Assembly (NCBI GenBank): GCA_963575745.1
Contig: CAUYUJ010000092.1
Coordinates: forward strand, 372,001-436,000
DNA from: Prorocentrum cordatum
Lineage: Eukaryota
Length of the DNA stretch: 64,000 nucleotides
Direction: 5' to 3'
Made by a program: the position numbers and the translations under genes. The notes beneath the pieces were generated by a model, which was not told where the DNA came from, made no database searches, and saw nothing but the letters and a program-made list of their open reading frames with translations. Positions 1 through 12,248 of this stretch are shown here, piece by piece (positions within the stretch are counted from its first letter, which is position 1; each line of letters begins with the position of its first letter).

Positions 1-494
1 GGGAGACAGAGACAGAGAGAGCGAGGAATAGTAAGAAGAAGAAGAAGGAGGAACGACGAGGTTGGAGGCAAGGAGGTTACATTTTTCCTGCTCGTGTTCG
101 TGTTCCTCCTCCGTCCTGCCCACCCCCTCATTCTCCGACCCCACATCCTCCTCATTCCTGTGGCTTGCCGGTTGCCCCGAGGAGAAGGAGCAGCGCCGCA
201 GGAAGCGAATGGGGAACCAAAGGGGCGTAAGGAAAGAAGGCACCGCAATGCTCTTGCTTGTTTCTCTGACCTCTCCGCTCGCCCTCCCTCCTCCCGCACC
301 CCCCCCTCGTCGTCCTCTTCCTCCTCGGTGCTGAACTGAGCCAAGCCAAGCAGACATCCGATGCATCAGTTCACGCGTCGCCCTGCTCATAGAATGCCAG
401 GGTTTACTCCTATCAGAGTGAGCGGGCCGAATGGTCATTCACTGTCGCGCGGATTCTGCTTGTTGTTGTTGCGTTGTTGTTGTCGTCGTCCCCC

Positions 495-775
495 CCGCGA
501 CCCGGCCCGCGATCCGCCCGCGGCCCACCCGCGGCCCACCCGCGACCCACCCGCGACCAACCCGCGACCCACCCCGCGACCTACCCGCGAACCACCCGCG
601 ATCCTCCGCGACCCACCCCGCGACCGCCCGCGACCCGACCGCGACCCACCCGCGACCGAACCGCAACCCGGCCGGTTACCCACCCGCGACCCGCCCTCGA
701 CCCACCCGCGACCCATCCGCCACCCACCCACATTGCTTTAACGAGCAAATCGGCCCCTGCGGCGGGCTCGTTCGC
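495..775 (+). repeat. Degenerate ~11-bp tandem repeat (CCCGCGACCCA-like) with a unique tail; partial inverted copy at ~1786-1895
   Basis: Many CCCGCGACC units are followed by ATCGGCCCCTGCGGCGGGCTCGTT. The reverse complement of 1826-1895 reads ACCCGCGACCCACCCGCG...ATCGGCGCCTGCGGCGGGCTCGTT. Confidence 0.75.
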
Positions 776-1192
776 CTCACCCCATCCACACCATTACCTC
801 CACCTCCACATCCCTCGCCCCGACCCTTCATCACCCCATCCCACCCCAGCCCAGCCGACCCCTCCCAACTCCCCTCCCGTCATCACGCTGGACCTTAACT
901 CACCTCATATGCTTCGTCTCCGTCCCCCCACTCGCCCTTGATCCCTGGAAAGCATGCTGGGGAGATTCTTGCGCGTGCGTCCCTCTCCTTCACTTCTCCC
1001 CCGAGGAAGAAAGAAAAGGAGGATCGGCGGCGGAACCTGACGACAGGCAGATCGTCCGCGGAGGAGGAAACCGTGACCGTCCGAGGCTCCGTGAACAGCG
1101 AGGGCGGGTCTCAGGACCTGATTCGGGACGAGGGGGAGGGGACAGGGACGAGAGAGGAGGGACAAGGGGCAGGGCGAGGATAGACGGGAACA

Positions 1193-1228
<36 letters not shown>

Positions 1229-2622
1229 TGAGGAGGGTTGGAGAAGGAGCGGGGGAAAAAGGCTGGGCAGTCGGGAGGGGGAGGGGGAAGGGAGGGGGAA
1301 ATGGACGGGGAGGAGGGGGGGGGGGGGGGGCAGGAATGGACGGGGACGGTAGCACGGAAGAGTAAATAGACAGGGGGGCGAGGAGGAGGAAAGATGAGAG
1401 GAGGAGAGGGCAGAGGGAGATGGCGAGGGGCGACGGGGCGAGTAGATGGGCGGGAAGCGGAGTGGTGTAGGGCAGGGCAGAGTAGAGTAGGGTCGGAGGG
1501 GATTCGAGGGGAGAAGGAAGGGGGAAGGTGAGAGGACGATAGTGTTTGGATGATCACATCCCCCGATAAACACAATGAGTCGCCAGGGGCATTCATAAAA
1601 GCAGACCCACCGAAACACCTGTCGGTTTCGGCTGCGATCCATTATGCATCCTGTTCCCCTTGTCCAGGTCCTTCTTGCCAAGCTTGCGCGTGCAGGGCTT
1701 GCCCAACGTAATTGTACGTAGCACCCCGCAGATGCGGATAAGAGTGAGGGGGCGGTGGGGACGTCGCCAGTCTGCGAGACTCTGGAGAAGCCCGCCGCAG
1801 GCGCCAAAGTTTCACAAATTATACAACGAGCCCGCCGCAGGCGCCGATCTTTTCTTCGAGCCAATATGGATCGTTCGCGGGTGGGTCGCGGGTATCCGAT
1901 TCGGACTACACCCATACCAAAGAGTCAATTGGCCATCAGCAAGCAGTTGTGCCCATGCGCGGGGCTGGACACGAAGCTGAACACCTCGGCTATCGAATGC
2001 CTGGCTGGGCCGCGGTGACAGGCAACAACACGAGGAGTGTCCTGTTGGCGTCGCGGCGTTGTTGAGTGTCGTGGCTCACTGTGAGGCTCCTGAGCAAGCA
2101 TCTGGGGATGGGAGCTTCGCAGATGGTGAACTAGCAAGGTTGTTTTTTGGGGGTGGAAGGCCCCCCCCGCTCGCGCTCGCCGTTCGCTCCGACCAGTGAG
2201 GGGCCTAGGGCATCTCGCCTGCGCTCCGCGTCAAAGTCGAGCTCACCCCATGATGAACAACAGCAGCACCCCAGCAGCAGAGCCAGATGAACGAGCAAGG
2301 CGCGCAGTGAGTCCTCGAGGGACGCCTGCCTACGTCGATGGCAAAACAGCGACGTGTTATCCTCACCGGCTCATGACGACCCCAGAGTCAGCTCCATTGT
2401 TATTGGCGAACGGAGATTCGTTCGAAGGGCCCACGCTGACAAGGATCCCCGCTTGCTGATCGGGGCCTTGCTGGGCCCCTTCGGGTAAGGCACTGCCCAT
2501 GGGGCGTTTCCTGTGCGTGTTGTGTCTGCAGCGTTTTGGTCTGCCTCAGGAGAGGAACGGAGGGAGGGGCGCCCCCTCTGTCGGAGCCCGGTCTGCACTG
2601 GTAGTACGGAGCGTGCCAGCAG

Positions 2623-2873
2623 GTGCTGCCGCACTGGGAGGTATTGACGTCAGCACCGGCGGACGCTGCGCGGCGAAACATGTCCACGGACAACAGCGCA
2701 CATGGAGGTGCGATCAGTAGATTCTCACGGTATGGCGCGTATGCGTTCAAGGAAGACCGCTCCTACAAGAAGTGGCCCAAAGCGTACCTCATCGTCCAGA
2801 AAGCCAAGGGTGTTCCATCGACGGCTCTTGGACCTATGTTATTCTGGACGATGTCGCTGCCAAAGCCGTGGAG
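2623..2873 (+). pseudogene. Possible decayed coding exon, product unknown
   Basis: High-GC3 codons in two successive frames (AYAFKEDRSYKKWPKAYLIVQK, then CSIDGSWTYVILDDVAAKAVE). Bounded by CAG| and GAG|GTGAGA splice-like sites. Needs a frameshift; no recognisable domain. Confidence 0.3.
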
Positions 2874-3989
2874 GTGAGAGACATACATGGGCGATCTGGA
2901 TGCCTCTTAGGCAATCATTGGACGTCTTGGGCCATCTTGGGTCCCTCGTGGGGTCCTCTTGGGCGGTCTTGGGGCCATCGTGGAGGCTTCTTAGGCCGTC
3001 TTGAGCTGACGAAGGCCCCACAAGGCGAGAATGCGAGAATCAGCATAAAACCAACGGGAAATCAACGAGTCTGGCTTCTGCAGGCCCTGTATCCGTTGTT
3101 TTCTACGAGGGGTCGTGGCCTCGGGAGGGCGGCGCCATCGTTGTTTCACGAGGGATCGTGGCCTCGGGAGGGCGGGGGGGATGCATGCAGGGATCCGCGG
3201 CTAAGGGTGCGTGTCCCGTGTTAGAGTACAGAAGCCCTACCAGACAGCCCTTGGCATTTTTCCAAGCCTCAGCGTGCACAAGGCACGGTGGCGGATTGGG
3301 TAGCTAGACTTTTGACGTTGTGCAACAGTCACACGTACGGGGGCAGATCATTTTCAATACGGGGGTTCTTGCTGAACACATCGTTGAACCTTATGATCCT
3401 ACATGTTCGAGTGCCTTCTCAGTCGGTAGACACATGCAAGCCATCTCCTTTCAGAAGGGGGCTCTCGTCTGAATGGCAGACCCCCCGACTTGGTGCTCGT
3501 CATTCAAGAGGGGCGTTTCCAGCGGTGGAGAGGAATACCTGCTGGGACGTGTGGGGAGGGGACATGGGGCGGCAAGGTGTCCTGCAGTATTCTTTCTATG
3601 CATGCTGGATTTCTGTTGGTCCTCCTGCTCCTCCTCCTCCTCCTCCTCCTCTTCGCGCCTCCTCCTTCTACTCGTAAACCCCCCTCCTAGTTCATCCTTT
3701 TCGTCTCCCTCCCCGTGCTTCTCCTCTCCCTTCTCCTTGCCCTCCGCCCCCCTCCGCCCTCCTCCTCCTTCGCCCTCGTCTCCCTCCGCCCTTCCTCCGC
3801 CCCCCCCCCCCATCCCTCCCCCCCTCCGCCTCCCTCCTTCCCGCCCTCCAGCCGCCGTCACGAGGTGCTGATTCTGGCCACCTCCTCTCGGAACTGCTGC
3901 CATGCCTCGCCGCCCCCGCCGCGCGCCTCTCGGCGCGCCTCTCGGCGGGCCGCGCGCCGCGAGGCGTCTCCGGCTGGCGCTGCTGCAGC

Positions 3990-4969
3990 CGACCGAGACC
4001 GACGCGTCGTGCTGCTGCGCGGAGGCTCGGTCGAGCCGGCCAGAGGCGACCGCCGGCCTCGCACGAGCGGCGTGCCCAGACCCCCTCGAGTCATGAAAAA
4101 ATCACGACGGGAGGTTTTTCCATATTTGCGGCTTTGGGGGGCCCCTACCGGGCCTCGGGACCGTCAAAAAACGATTCAGGATGAAAAACCGGTCCTGGGG
4201 AATGGGTCCAAACCTCTGGGGGTCGACGTCATGAAAAAATCATGACGTCGGGGGTCTGGGTGACCAGCCTCGCTACCGCAGCCGGCCTTCCAGTCGGCCT
4301 GCTGCGTCTTCCAGGGTGCCGCCTGCTCGCGTCGGCGTGGATCGTTCTTGGCTCGAGCCGGTTCGCGAAGCTGCCGTGCCTGGTCGAGGTGGTGTTCATC
4401 GCCCTCCTGCGGGTGCTGCCGTCCGTTCTCCTGGCGGTGGCGTGGCCGCTGGGCTGGTGCCGAGCCCCCAGCCATCGGGCGTTGCTGCCGCTGGCGCGCG
4501 CGCCCGCGCCCCGCCACCGCAAGGGCCTCCTCGTCGTGCCTGCTTCGGTATCTCTGGAGCTGCTGCCGCTCCGCCGACATGGTCACCCACGCCGCTTCTC
4601 TGTGCGCGGCCTGCTCTGGAGCGGACCGTCGGCGGCGCGTTCTGCAAGGACGTGGCGGCGGCGGAGGCCGCCAGTAAGGTTGAGGACAAGAGCGCCACCC
4701 GAGAAGCACGCCACGCACTGGCGGCCACGCTCGACAAGGAGCACGCCGAGGCGCAGTCGAGGGAGTCCATCGTGGTGGAGGCCCCGGACAAGCCGCAAGC
4801 GGAGCAGGCTGGACTCGCCGCCGTCGTGGAGGACTTCCGCTGCTTGAGCACCGGCTTCTGCCAGAAGGACAGCGGTGACACGGCGGCCGAGGCTGTGCAG
4901 GAGTACGCCAAGGCGCCAAGGCCCACGGCGTCGAACTGGCCTTGGTGGCCGCACTTCCTGCATCGCTAA
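3990..4969 (+). pseudogene. Coding-like remnant (hydrophobic segment plus acidic helical C-terminus), frameshifted and interrupted by a MITE
   Basis: Strong GC3 bias in frame 4242 (FAKLPCLVEVVFIALLRVLPSVLLAVAWPLGW) and then in frame 4316 (FCKDVAAAEAASKVEDK...WPWWPHFLHR*). Removing 4075-4262 restores the frame upstream. Confidence 0.4.
4075..4260. mobile_element. MITE-like element, 186 bp, ~21-bp imperfect TIRs, TG target-site duplication
   Basis: Left end CCCAGACCCCCTCGAGTCATGA; right end reverse-complemented CCCAGACCCCCGACGTCATGA. TG at 4073-4074 and 4261-4262. Internal 11-bp hairpin at 4224-4250. The AAAAATCACGACGGGAGGTTTT motif recurs inverted at ~13725-13746. Confidence 0.65.
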
Positions 4970-5933
4970 AGGCGCCGCCTGTAGTCAGCCATGAGCGTGT
5001 GACTACGTTAGTTAACCGTTGCCCTCCAGCCGGCCTCCTGTTCGAATATCCAGCTTGCTGTGAAATTGGCCCCGTGCGCAGCGAGTCCCAGTCGTTTCAT
5101 CTTCTCTCGCTCACTGCGAGAATGTGACACCAGCTGCTCGCATCACTGATATAGTGAATGCTGATATGCTTGCTCAGCACGCGCTTGGGTGAGTGGGCGC
5201 AGCTGGTCCTCTGCCCACTGCCCCTCCGCCCACGCTAAGCCCAGCCGACCCAGACGCACAGCTAGCTGAGTATATCGCGGCCTCCGGCGAATGACAAGAC
5301 TGGTCTGTCCAAAGACCCCCTTGCCTAGGAGAAAGAGGCTAGACTGAGCAGCAATCGGCCTCGCCACGTGCTCCTCCCTCGGCTTCGCGCGCGGATGATC
5401 GCGCCGTCTCGTCGTGCGTCCTGGGCTGGGGCCCAAAGACTCAGGAAGAAGGACCGTACGCCTGCACATTGTTGTCGTCGTTCACACCTTCATTTGGCGG
5501 TATCCTTGCACCTTCACTGCGCAGAATTAATTGGCAAGGAGCGCACACGTGCCGGAGGTGTTAGGCATGCGACCCTGCCTCTACCCTCCCCTTCGTTGCC
5601 GGCCTCCTCCCGAGGCTAGGGGTATTAGATCTGCGTCCAAGTCTTACTCCGTCTCGGTATCATGCATCCTCCTCCCTCCCTTCCTCCCCCATCACGAGTG
5701 GCCGAGTGGTCGCGATACGGTAGTCGATCCTGTGTGCGATCCGATGCCTGCCCAGCTGCCTGATTTGAGGAGAGGGGTCTTTCGGAGGGATGGTGATACA
5801 GGGGTAGGAAGGACACTGGTCTCAGGATTCCTTGGTGCTCGTGCAGATGTTCTGCGAGCGTCGAATTCCCAACAAAAAGTCCCTTCCTCCCTCCATCCCT
5901 CCCTTCTCCTCCTTGACTCATGAGGCACTGACG

Positions 5934-5968
5934 CTCCTCCTCCTCCTCCTCCTCCTCCTCCTCCTCCT

Positions 5969-6052
<84 letters not shown>

Positions 6053-6112
6053 TTTCCTCCTCCTCCTCCCCCTCCTCCTCCTCCTCCTCCTCCTCCTCCC
6101 CCTCCTCCTCCT
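5934..6112. repeat. Compound (TCC)n-(TCA)n-(TCC)n microsatellite
   Basis: Directly visible triplet runs. Confidence 0.95.
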
Positions 6113-6329
6113 CTCGCTCGTTCCTCCTCGGCCCCCCCCCCTCCCCGTCGGGGGGATGGGCCGCAGGAGCAGGCGCCGAGGGGCGCCACGGCGGCACAGC
6201 AGCGGGCGTCGCCGAAGGACGCGGGCAGCCCAGCGAGGGGAGCGGGGGACCGGGGGGAGGGGGGAGTGCAGGACCTCCTCCCTCCTCCCCCTTCTCCCCC
6301 TCCTCCGTCCTCCTCCCCCCTCCTTCCTT

Positions 6330-7240
6330 CAACGCCTTCAAGTGCATCAGGGAAGGATGGGTCGAGCAGACCACACCTCCCCACGGCGCCTCAGGAAGTT
6401 CACGCTCGTGCACCAGTGCGCGAAGAAGCCCAAACATGTGTTCCACGGCACTGGCACCGGGAAGCTGCACACAGGCAACCCGCCAAGCCAGCCACATACA
6501 ATACCACATGTTGAGGGCACGAAGGGAACTCGCCACCAGCAGAACCCAAACGACCAAAAGCAAGACTCAGCCCCAGAAGTTCCAGGAGCTTGCGCACGAC
6601 CACGCCGAAGTAGACCGGGGAAAGCGAATCCCGCGGACGCCCGCTAACAACGCTAACGAAAGCCAGCAAATATCCTGCAGCACTGTATTGGGGCGACTCG
6701 TGGAGGCCGAGGTACTGGTCCCGCGTACACGAACGATGCGAACCCAATCAAACAGAACACCAGAGAATTGCCGATGGGACTGCTGCCTCGGACTACAGGA
6801 CAGTGTGACTGCGACTGCAACGCAAGCACGTAATAACCCATAGTGCCGAATGTTTGGAGATAGTCTTATTGAAAACGCACCCAGTACAGGACGACAACAT
6901 AAGCCAGGTGAGGATAAGGAGGGGAAGGGAGCGTAGAGGACGAGGAGGGCCGGACCAGACAGGACCGGACCGACACTCGAAGGCAGCAGCATGGTCGAAT
7001 ACGGGAATAAATTTGGAGTGCCACGATAGACTATCGCGTATCGCCTGCCAATATTGCCGAAGTGAGTGACGCGACGCGTTGCATAGACAGGTCAATGCCC
7101 CACTCCAGCAGCGGGACGCACCGACGGGGTGTCTCCGACGGAGCTGGGTCGCGGCCATGCTGATTATGCCCGAGCGGGCCGCTCTCTGGGCGAGGAGCAA
7201 GGGCAGGACAGCGCCGCACCGTGAGCACGCCGGCCCAAAA
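6330..7240 (-). mobile_element. Possible highly decayed LINE 3' fragment
   Basis: Minus-strand peptide GRPRDSLSPVYFGVVVRKLL loosely resembles the D-x-x-x-HY-x-x-C knuckle region of the LINEs at 7330 and 45590. Multiple frameshifts. Confidence 0.25.
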
Positions 7241-7243
7241 TCA

Positions 7244-7314
<71 letters not shown>

Positions 7315-7321
7315 GCATCAC
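7244..7321. repeat. (CAT)n microsatellite; second degenerate (CAT)n at 8462-8535
   Basis: Directly visible; the two tracts flank the LINE fragment at 7330-8425. Confidence 0.95.
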
Positions 7322-7329
7322 CTTCGGCA

Positions 7330-8425
7330 TGCACCTGGGAGTCTAAATCGGCCCGAAGGGGCCCACGGTGTCCTGGGACGCTCGAGTCTGGCACATCAAA
7401 GGTCTATCCCTAGGGCTATGTCAGAATATCATTGCCTACAACTCGCTGGCCTTCTCCGTGCTCAGCTTTGTGGGCCAGATGTACCAGGCTCCACCGGCTG
7501 TTCTGACAAAAGAGGAAGAAGCCCACCAGCTTCTAGCATCCGCTCCCAGGCATCCCATTCCAGCGGATATTCTGAGGTCCCCGTCGGTGCTTTGTTTTCC
7601 CCACGATCCCAGAGACCTCCAGAGAGAAGCCAGAGCCAGTATGTATCGGGTCGCCCTAAAATCTCAATGGCTCTCCGAAGTGCGAGGAAGGTTTGCTTGG
7701 CTGGGGGACGAGAAGATTGATCGGCTAGCAGTTCTACGTCACACAGAGTGGTACGAATCCAGTGTATGTTATTCATTGATTACCAACTACAACCAGCTGG
7801 CTGCTATTCCCATGATGATAGACGTCCCCGACACTGACATGCTGCAGAGAAAAAGTGAATACCCTACTGAGCCGTAGGCAGGCACCAATTTTTGCCAATT
7901 TAGCCCTCCTCCCTCGTATCAGACATTTTGACAACACTGCCCAGCTTCCCAAGGCTGCTTTAATTGTAATGCGTATCAAGCTAGCAAACACTAAACTTGC
8001 CCCATGTGTGGGCGCTGCAGTATTGAAAGGTGTCTGTAATTCCTGGGCCACCAGTGCTAGGTATCGTCAGGGGCGGAATGCTTGTCTGTTCGGGTGCAGA
8101 ACGTGTGGAGGCGATCAAATCCTCCACTATTTTGATTGCCCTTGTGCCCTCGAGCCACTCTGTCTAGTTCTGCCCCATCTTCCCGCTGACTTCCTCTCCT
8201 GGACGGCCCAGGACCGCTTGCTGCTTCACAGTCATAATACGTCTTCCTCTCCTGCCTTGTAGTATTCTACCATGCTAGCTCACGATCTTTTATTCAGCAC
8301 GTTCAATTCTCTCAGGAGCAGGAAACGGTTCGGCCCTGAGTGCACACTCACTTTTTTTTACAAAGCTCGTGCGAGGGCTATCTCGAAGCGGAAACCTCAT
8401 TCGAGCTCTGTTTCAACGGTGATGT
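7330..8425 (+). mobile_element. 5'-truncated non-LTR retrotransposon (LINE) ORF2 3' fragment: end of RT, thumb, C-terminal cysteine-rich knuckle
   Basis: HLGV*IGP (RT KYLG motif) at 7332, then IKGLSLGLCQNIIAYNSLAFSVLSFVGQ, and NSWATSARY...CLFGCRTCGGDQILHYFDC at ~8040-8140. Collinear with the copy at 45590-46680. Contains stops and a frameshift. Confidence 0.75.
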
Positions 8426-8614
8426 GAGTTCCTGGGGATCTGGAGCTTGAAGGGGCTGCGCCATCAGCATCATCATCATCATCATCATCATCATCTTCAT
8501 AATATCCATCATCAGCAGCAGCATCATCATCAGCATACACAGCTTCGACTCCGAACTGATGCGGCGGGAGGAGGGGGGAGCAAGGGAGGAAGCAAGCGCC
8601 GCCAGACCAGACCT

Positions 8615-9190
8615 TCATCTGCTTAATGCGGGCCTGCTTTCCAATTTTGACGCCGACGCTGCTCCCAGCACCTCCTCTCCCCCGGCTAGCTCCCACACGC
8701 GAATGATGAGTTGCACCACCTCTTTTGACCAAGGAGTCGTCCCCCTCAAGAGGCGGAATCGGAAGCGGTGGCCCTTATCGCGTGTCACTTCCCGCTTCAA
8801 TTTCTCTGAGGCCTCGTACTTCTTCAGGGACTCCTCGATCTTGTCGCACTCCGACGGGTTCGCCCGCGCCTCCTTCGCAGAGATGGACTGCCCGACGAGC
8901 ACTGCGGCGATCAGCACGCGGTTGCAGGGCACTCCGAGCGCGCGTCCCCGTTGGCCTCTCGTCCTCTTCTCGTACTCGCACACCGCCTCACGCATCCCGT
9001 CGTACAAGTTCTCGCCCACGTCCCTGGGTACCAGGAGCGTCCAGTACAAGAGCGCAGCATGATTCCTGGACTCCGTCACCACGGACGCCAAGAGAATCAG
9101 TTCGTCCCTCGTCGAAGCCGAGTCGTTCTCCTCCTGGCCCGTCCGCGCCTGCTTCGCGGGGCCACCCCCCTTCCCCTTCGGATTCGGCTG
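8615..9190 (-). mobile_element. Putative LINE ORF1-like protein (decayed)
   Basis: High-GC3 ORF WTLLVP...MREAVCEYEKRTRGQRGRALGVP...GGEEVLGAASASKLES. Shares G(H/R)xLxxP and C-terminal GxExxxGxAxxSxxE motifs with ORF 51073-51420. The ORF1 identity is inferred. Confidence 0.5.
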
Positions 9191-9318
9191 GAAATCGGTT
9201 TAGGCCTCGCTGCTCGCGATCTGCACGTGCCGGAGCAGATTCGCGAGTGGCGACGCGTGCACTCAGGGCTGCAAAAGCCGGAACAACCGTGGAAGGTATA
9301 GTCGTGCGAGAAGCTATC

Positions 9319-9340
9319 ATTGAGCCAAGATGGGCTACGC
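9319..9340 (-). other. Degenerate dinoflagellate spliced-leader (DinoSL) relic
   Basis: Minus strand reads GCGTAGCCCATCTTGGCTCAAT versus DinoSL DCCGTAGCCATTTTGGCTCAAG (one inserted C, one internal substitution, terminal mismatches). Lies just 5' of a same-strand ORF. Confidence 0.6.
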
Positions 9341-9429
9341 GGATATGGCGTGGAGCAGCGATAACGCAGGAACAAATCAGAGTCGCACATGGGGAACCCC
9401 GAATTCGCCGGCCCAACGGGCCAGGGCGT

Positions 9430-10170
9430 GCTAAGATCTCCGGTACCTGGTTAACAGTATTTCTAGTTCGCGCGCGCGGGGCGGCCCCTGGGGGTCCCCA
9501 GGCGAAAAGTACCCCGGCAAGGTCCCGGCAAGTCCCCGGCAAGTCCCCGGCAAGGTCGGGTCAGAGATGCCGGAGTTCTGTTTCGGAGTCCAAGAGGGCT
9601 CCAGATCGGTCCAAGAGGGCCCCGAGAAGCTTTCTAGACGGTCCAAGAGAGGCCCGAGACGGCCAAAGATCGCGGCCCACGAGGCTCCCAAGACGGCCCC
9701 GGAGCGGCCCAAGAGCGCCCCCCAGACGGCCCAAGTGCTGCCCAAGGCGGACCAAGAGGCCCCAAGACGGGCCCAAGAGGGGCTCAAGAAGGGAACCGAG
9801 AACTGAAAAATCGAGCCCTCCGCCCCAGAAGGCGCCCAGGACCCCGAAAGAGGCCCCAAGAGACTCTCCAAGACACCCCCAAGACGCCCCAATAAGCTCC
9901 CGTGAGGCCCCAAGAGGACCAACAACGTCAGGCCCCAGGCCCCAAGAGGACCAACAAATACCGCCAAGAGCCCGCCGAAAGCCCCCCAAGAGACCGTCAC
10001 GAGAGCTCAGGAGGCCCCCTGGAGGCCTCCCGAGTTCTCCAAGAGGCTTAAAAAGAGGCGCCAAGAGGCCCCAAACGGCCCCACCGAGGCTCCAAGAGGA
10101 CACGAACGCGCAAGCAAACGCCTGCGATGGCACAATACGGGCCGGCGGAATGAGCGAAGCGATTAAATAA
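9430..10170 (+). repeat. Dispersed repeat family built from degenerate GGCCCCAAGA-type units
   Basis: AACTGAAAAATCGAGCCCTCCGCCCC at 9801 matches the inverted copy at ~54816-54841. Related pieces occur at ~2890-3075, 16510-16740 and 22460-22660. Confidence 0.75.
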
Positions 10171-12213
10171 TCTGGAATATCCACACCGTGGCGGAAGACA
10201 TGGGCGTTCGGGCGTTTTGAAAAAAATGCATGCAAACGCAGCATTGGTTGGTGACCGTGGCCCTCGCCCCAGAGCAATCTCGCCATGGCGCGGAAGACGA
10301 CTCTGATTTGGGTGCGCTCGGCGTGCCCCAGGCGAAGGGAAAACGCGGGCGCAGCGTTCCGTGTCAAGGCTGGGCAGGTCGCAGATGAAAGACGGTACGT
10401 CAACATGGTCAGTGATTCGATCTTGACGAACGTCTGTGGTCGGGTATCTTGGTGGCAGAATGGCCACGGTGCGAGCGTGTGCATCTAAAATGCGAGGATG
10501 AATCCTTTGAGCACATGCGAGAACGTCCTCGTCAGACCAAATGCGAGCAAGATCACGACAACAGAGTGCAACGACATCTTCACAATCGGAATGACAAGAT
10601 CAGATGATGAGGGAGGAGGTGTGGGGGAGGAGGGGGAGGAAGAGGAGGAGGTGTAGGGGGAGAAGGGTGAGGAGGGGGAGGAGGAAGGACGGGGCCCAAG
10701 AGGGATGCGAGAGGAGAGAGGAGAGATGGCTGAGAAGGAGGAGGACCAGAGTATACCCAGAATAAGTTAACGATGTTGTAAAGCACTCGCCAATCCTAAG
10801 TTTCCTGGTCACAAGCTCTCCCTAATCAGTCGCTTAGCAGCACGATGGTGGGCAGCCTAACCATGCCAGACCACGGCACTGACCGCCACCAGTGAGAAGC
10901 ACGACGGGTACCGATAGCATGAGAGCGGACACAACGACGGGTGTCAACGACACGATACGTGGCGGCACGCTCCACGAAAGTAAATGCGGGGCACCATCGT
11001 ATCCGCGGTTGGCAGTTCGACGATGACCAACTGCACGATGTCTGGCAGCACGCTTGCGCGCAGGATCACGACTGACATCCACTGGCGCAAAGAGCACGAT
11101 TCTCCACCGACCAAGGTGAGTGTTGGGCATGCCGAGCATGTCGGGTCCGAGCAACACTTCCAGTAAGCAACCCCGCGACGGGGAGCAGCATAGAGGGTAG
11201 AAGTCGTGCAGGTCCAGTACCCATGTGTTGCACACCGGCTGCATCGTTACCCCAGCCATCATTACCGCCTCCGCTGCCAATACTCTTGCAATCGCATTCC
11301 TAAGAGGATCGAGGGCACCAATTGGACCTCGCAGGCTATGGATGTGGATGTATTCTGGCCCCCGGGGGCCAAAATATGTCCATATCCACCGCCCGCTGGG
11401 GCACCAGGACGTCGTTTCCCAGGCGGTGGATATGGATAAATCCCCGCCTCGCAACCAACGTCCCACCAAGACCGTGGGAACACCATGCGGCCGAACCTGA
11501 GAGAGACAGCCGAGGGCGAGGGAGGCGATCTCTTCTGCCACCGACCCTCGGCCGGCCCCTCGTACCGCACCTTCCGCCACCACCACCGCACCTACAGTCG
11601 CCACGATTTCCACCACCAGTTTCACTGTGGACCTACTACGCGACACTCCCTGCATCCTGCGACACGCGCCACCGGCACAATCACATTCCAGTCGGACCCG
11701 CGTCGAAGGGCTTCGGCACTGCACACCGCTCCTTCAGGCATGACCAGCGCCGATGAGTACAGCAAACTGCTGGCCTGCACCGCTCCGACCTCCGACCATC
11801 GATGCATTCTTTGCCCTGCGGACCGCGGAGTGACGTGGCATTTCAGAGCGATCGTTCTCACCCTCAGCATCCTCAAGGCTGCATCCTCCGACGCTAGTGC
11901 CGACTCCAGCTACGCACCGCGCTCCGACATCTGTTCCAGTGTTGGCTCCCACGCCAGCTTCAATTCCGGCTGCAACCCTCGCTCTGGATGCCGCTCTGAT
12001 TTTATTAGCCCAGGGAGACACGTCAGCTCCGACGCCAGCTTCGACTCCTGCTCCGACTCCCGCTCCAACCGCCATCCTCTCGTCGGGTCCGACACCCAGC
12101 TCCCACCTCGACTGCTTTTCAGACGCCAGCTCTCGTGCCGAACACTCTCCAACAGAGGCACGGGCTCCGGCGCAGGCTCCTACTCCAAGGGGGTATGGGG
12201 GGAGGAGGAGGAG

Positions 12214-12248
<35 letters not shown>

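Noticed and set aside
1854..1874. Second SL-like match (CCATATTGGCTCGAAG, minus strand)
   Set aside because: Weaker match. It lies inside the inverted copy of the 495-775 repeat, whose other copy lacks it, and no ORF follows.
8725..10170. 481-aa Arg/Pro-rich ORF
   Set aside because: It spans the antisense of the ORF1-like gene and a GGCCCCAAGA repeat; compositional artefact.
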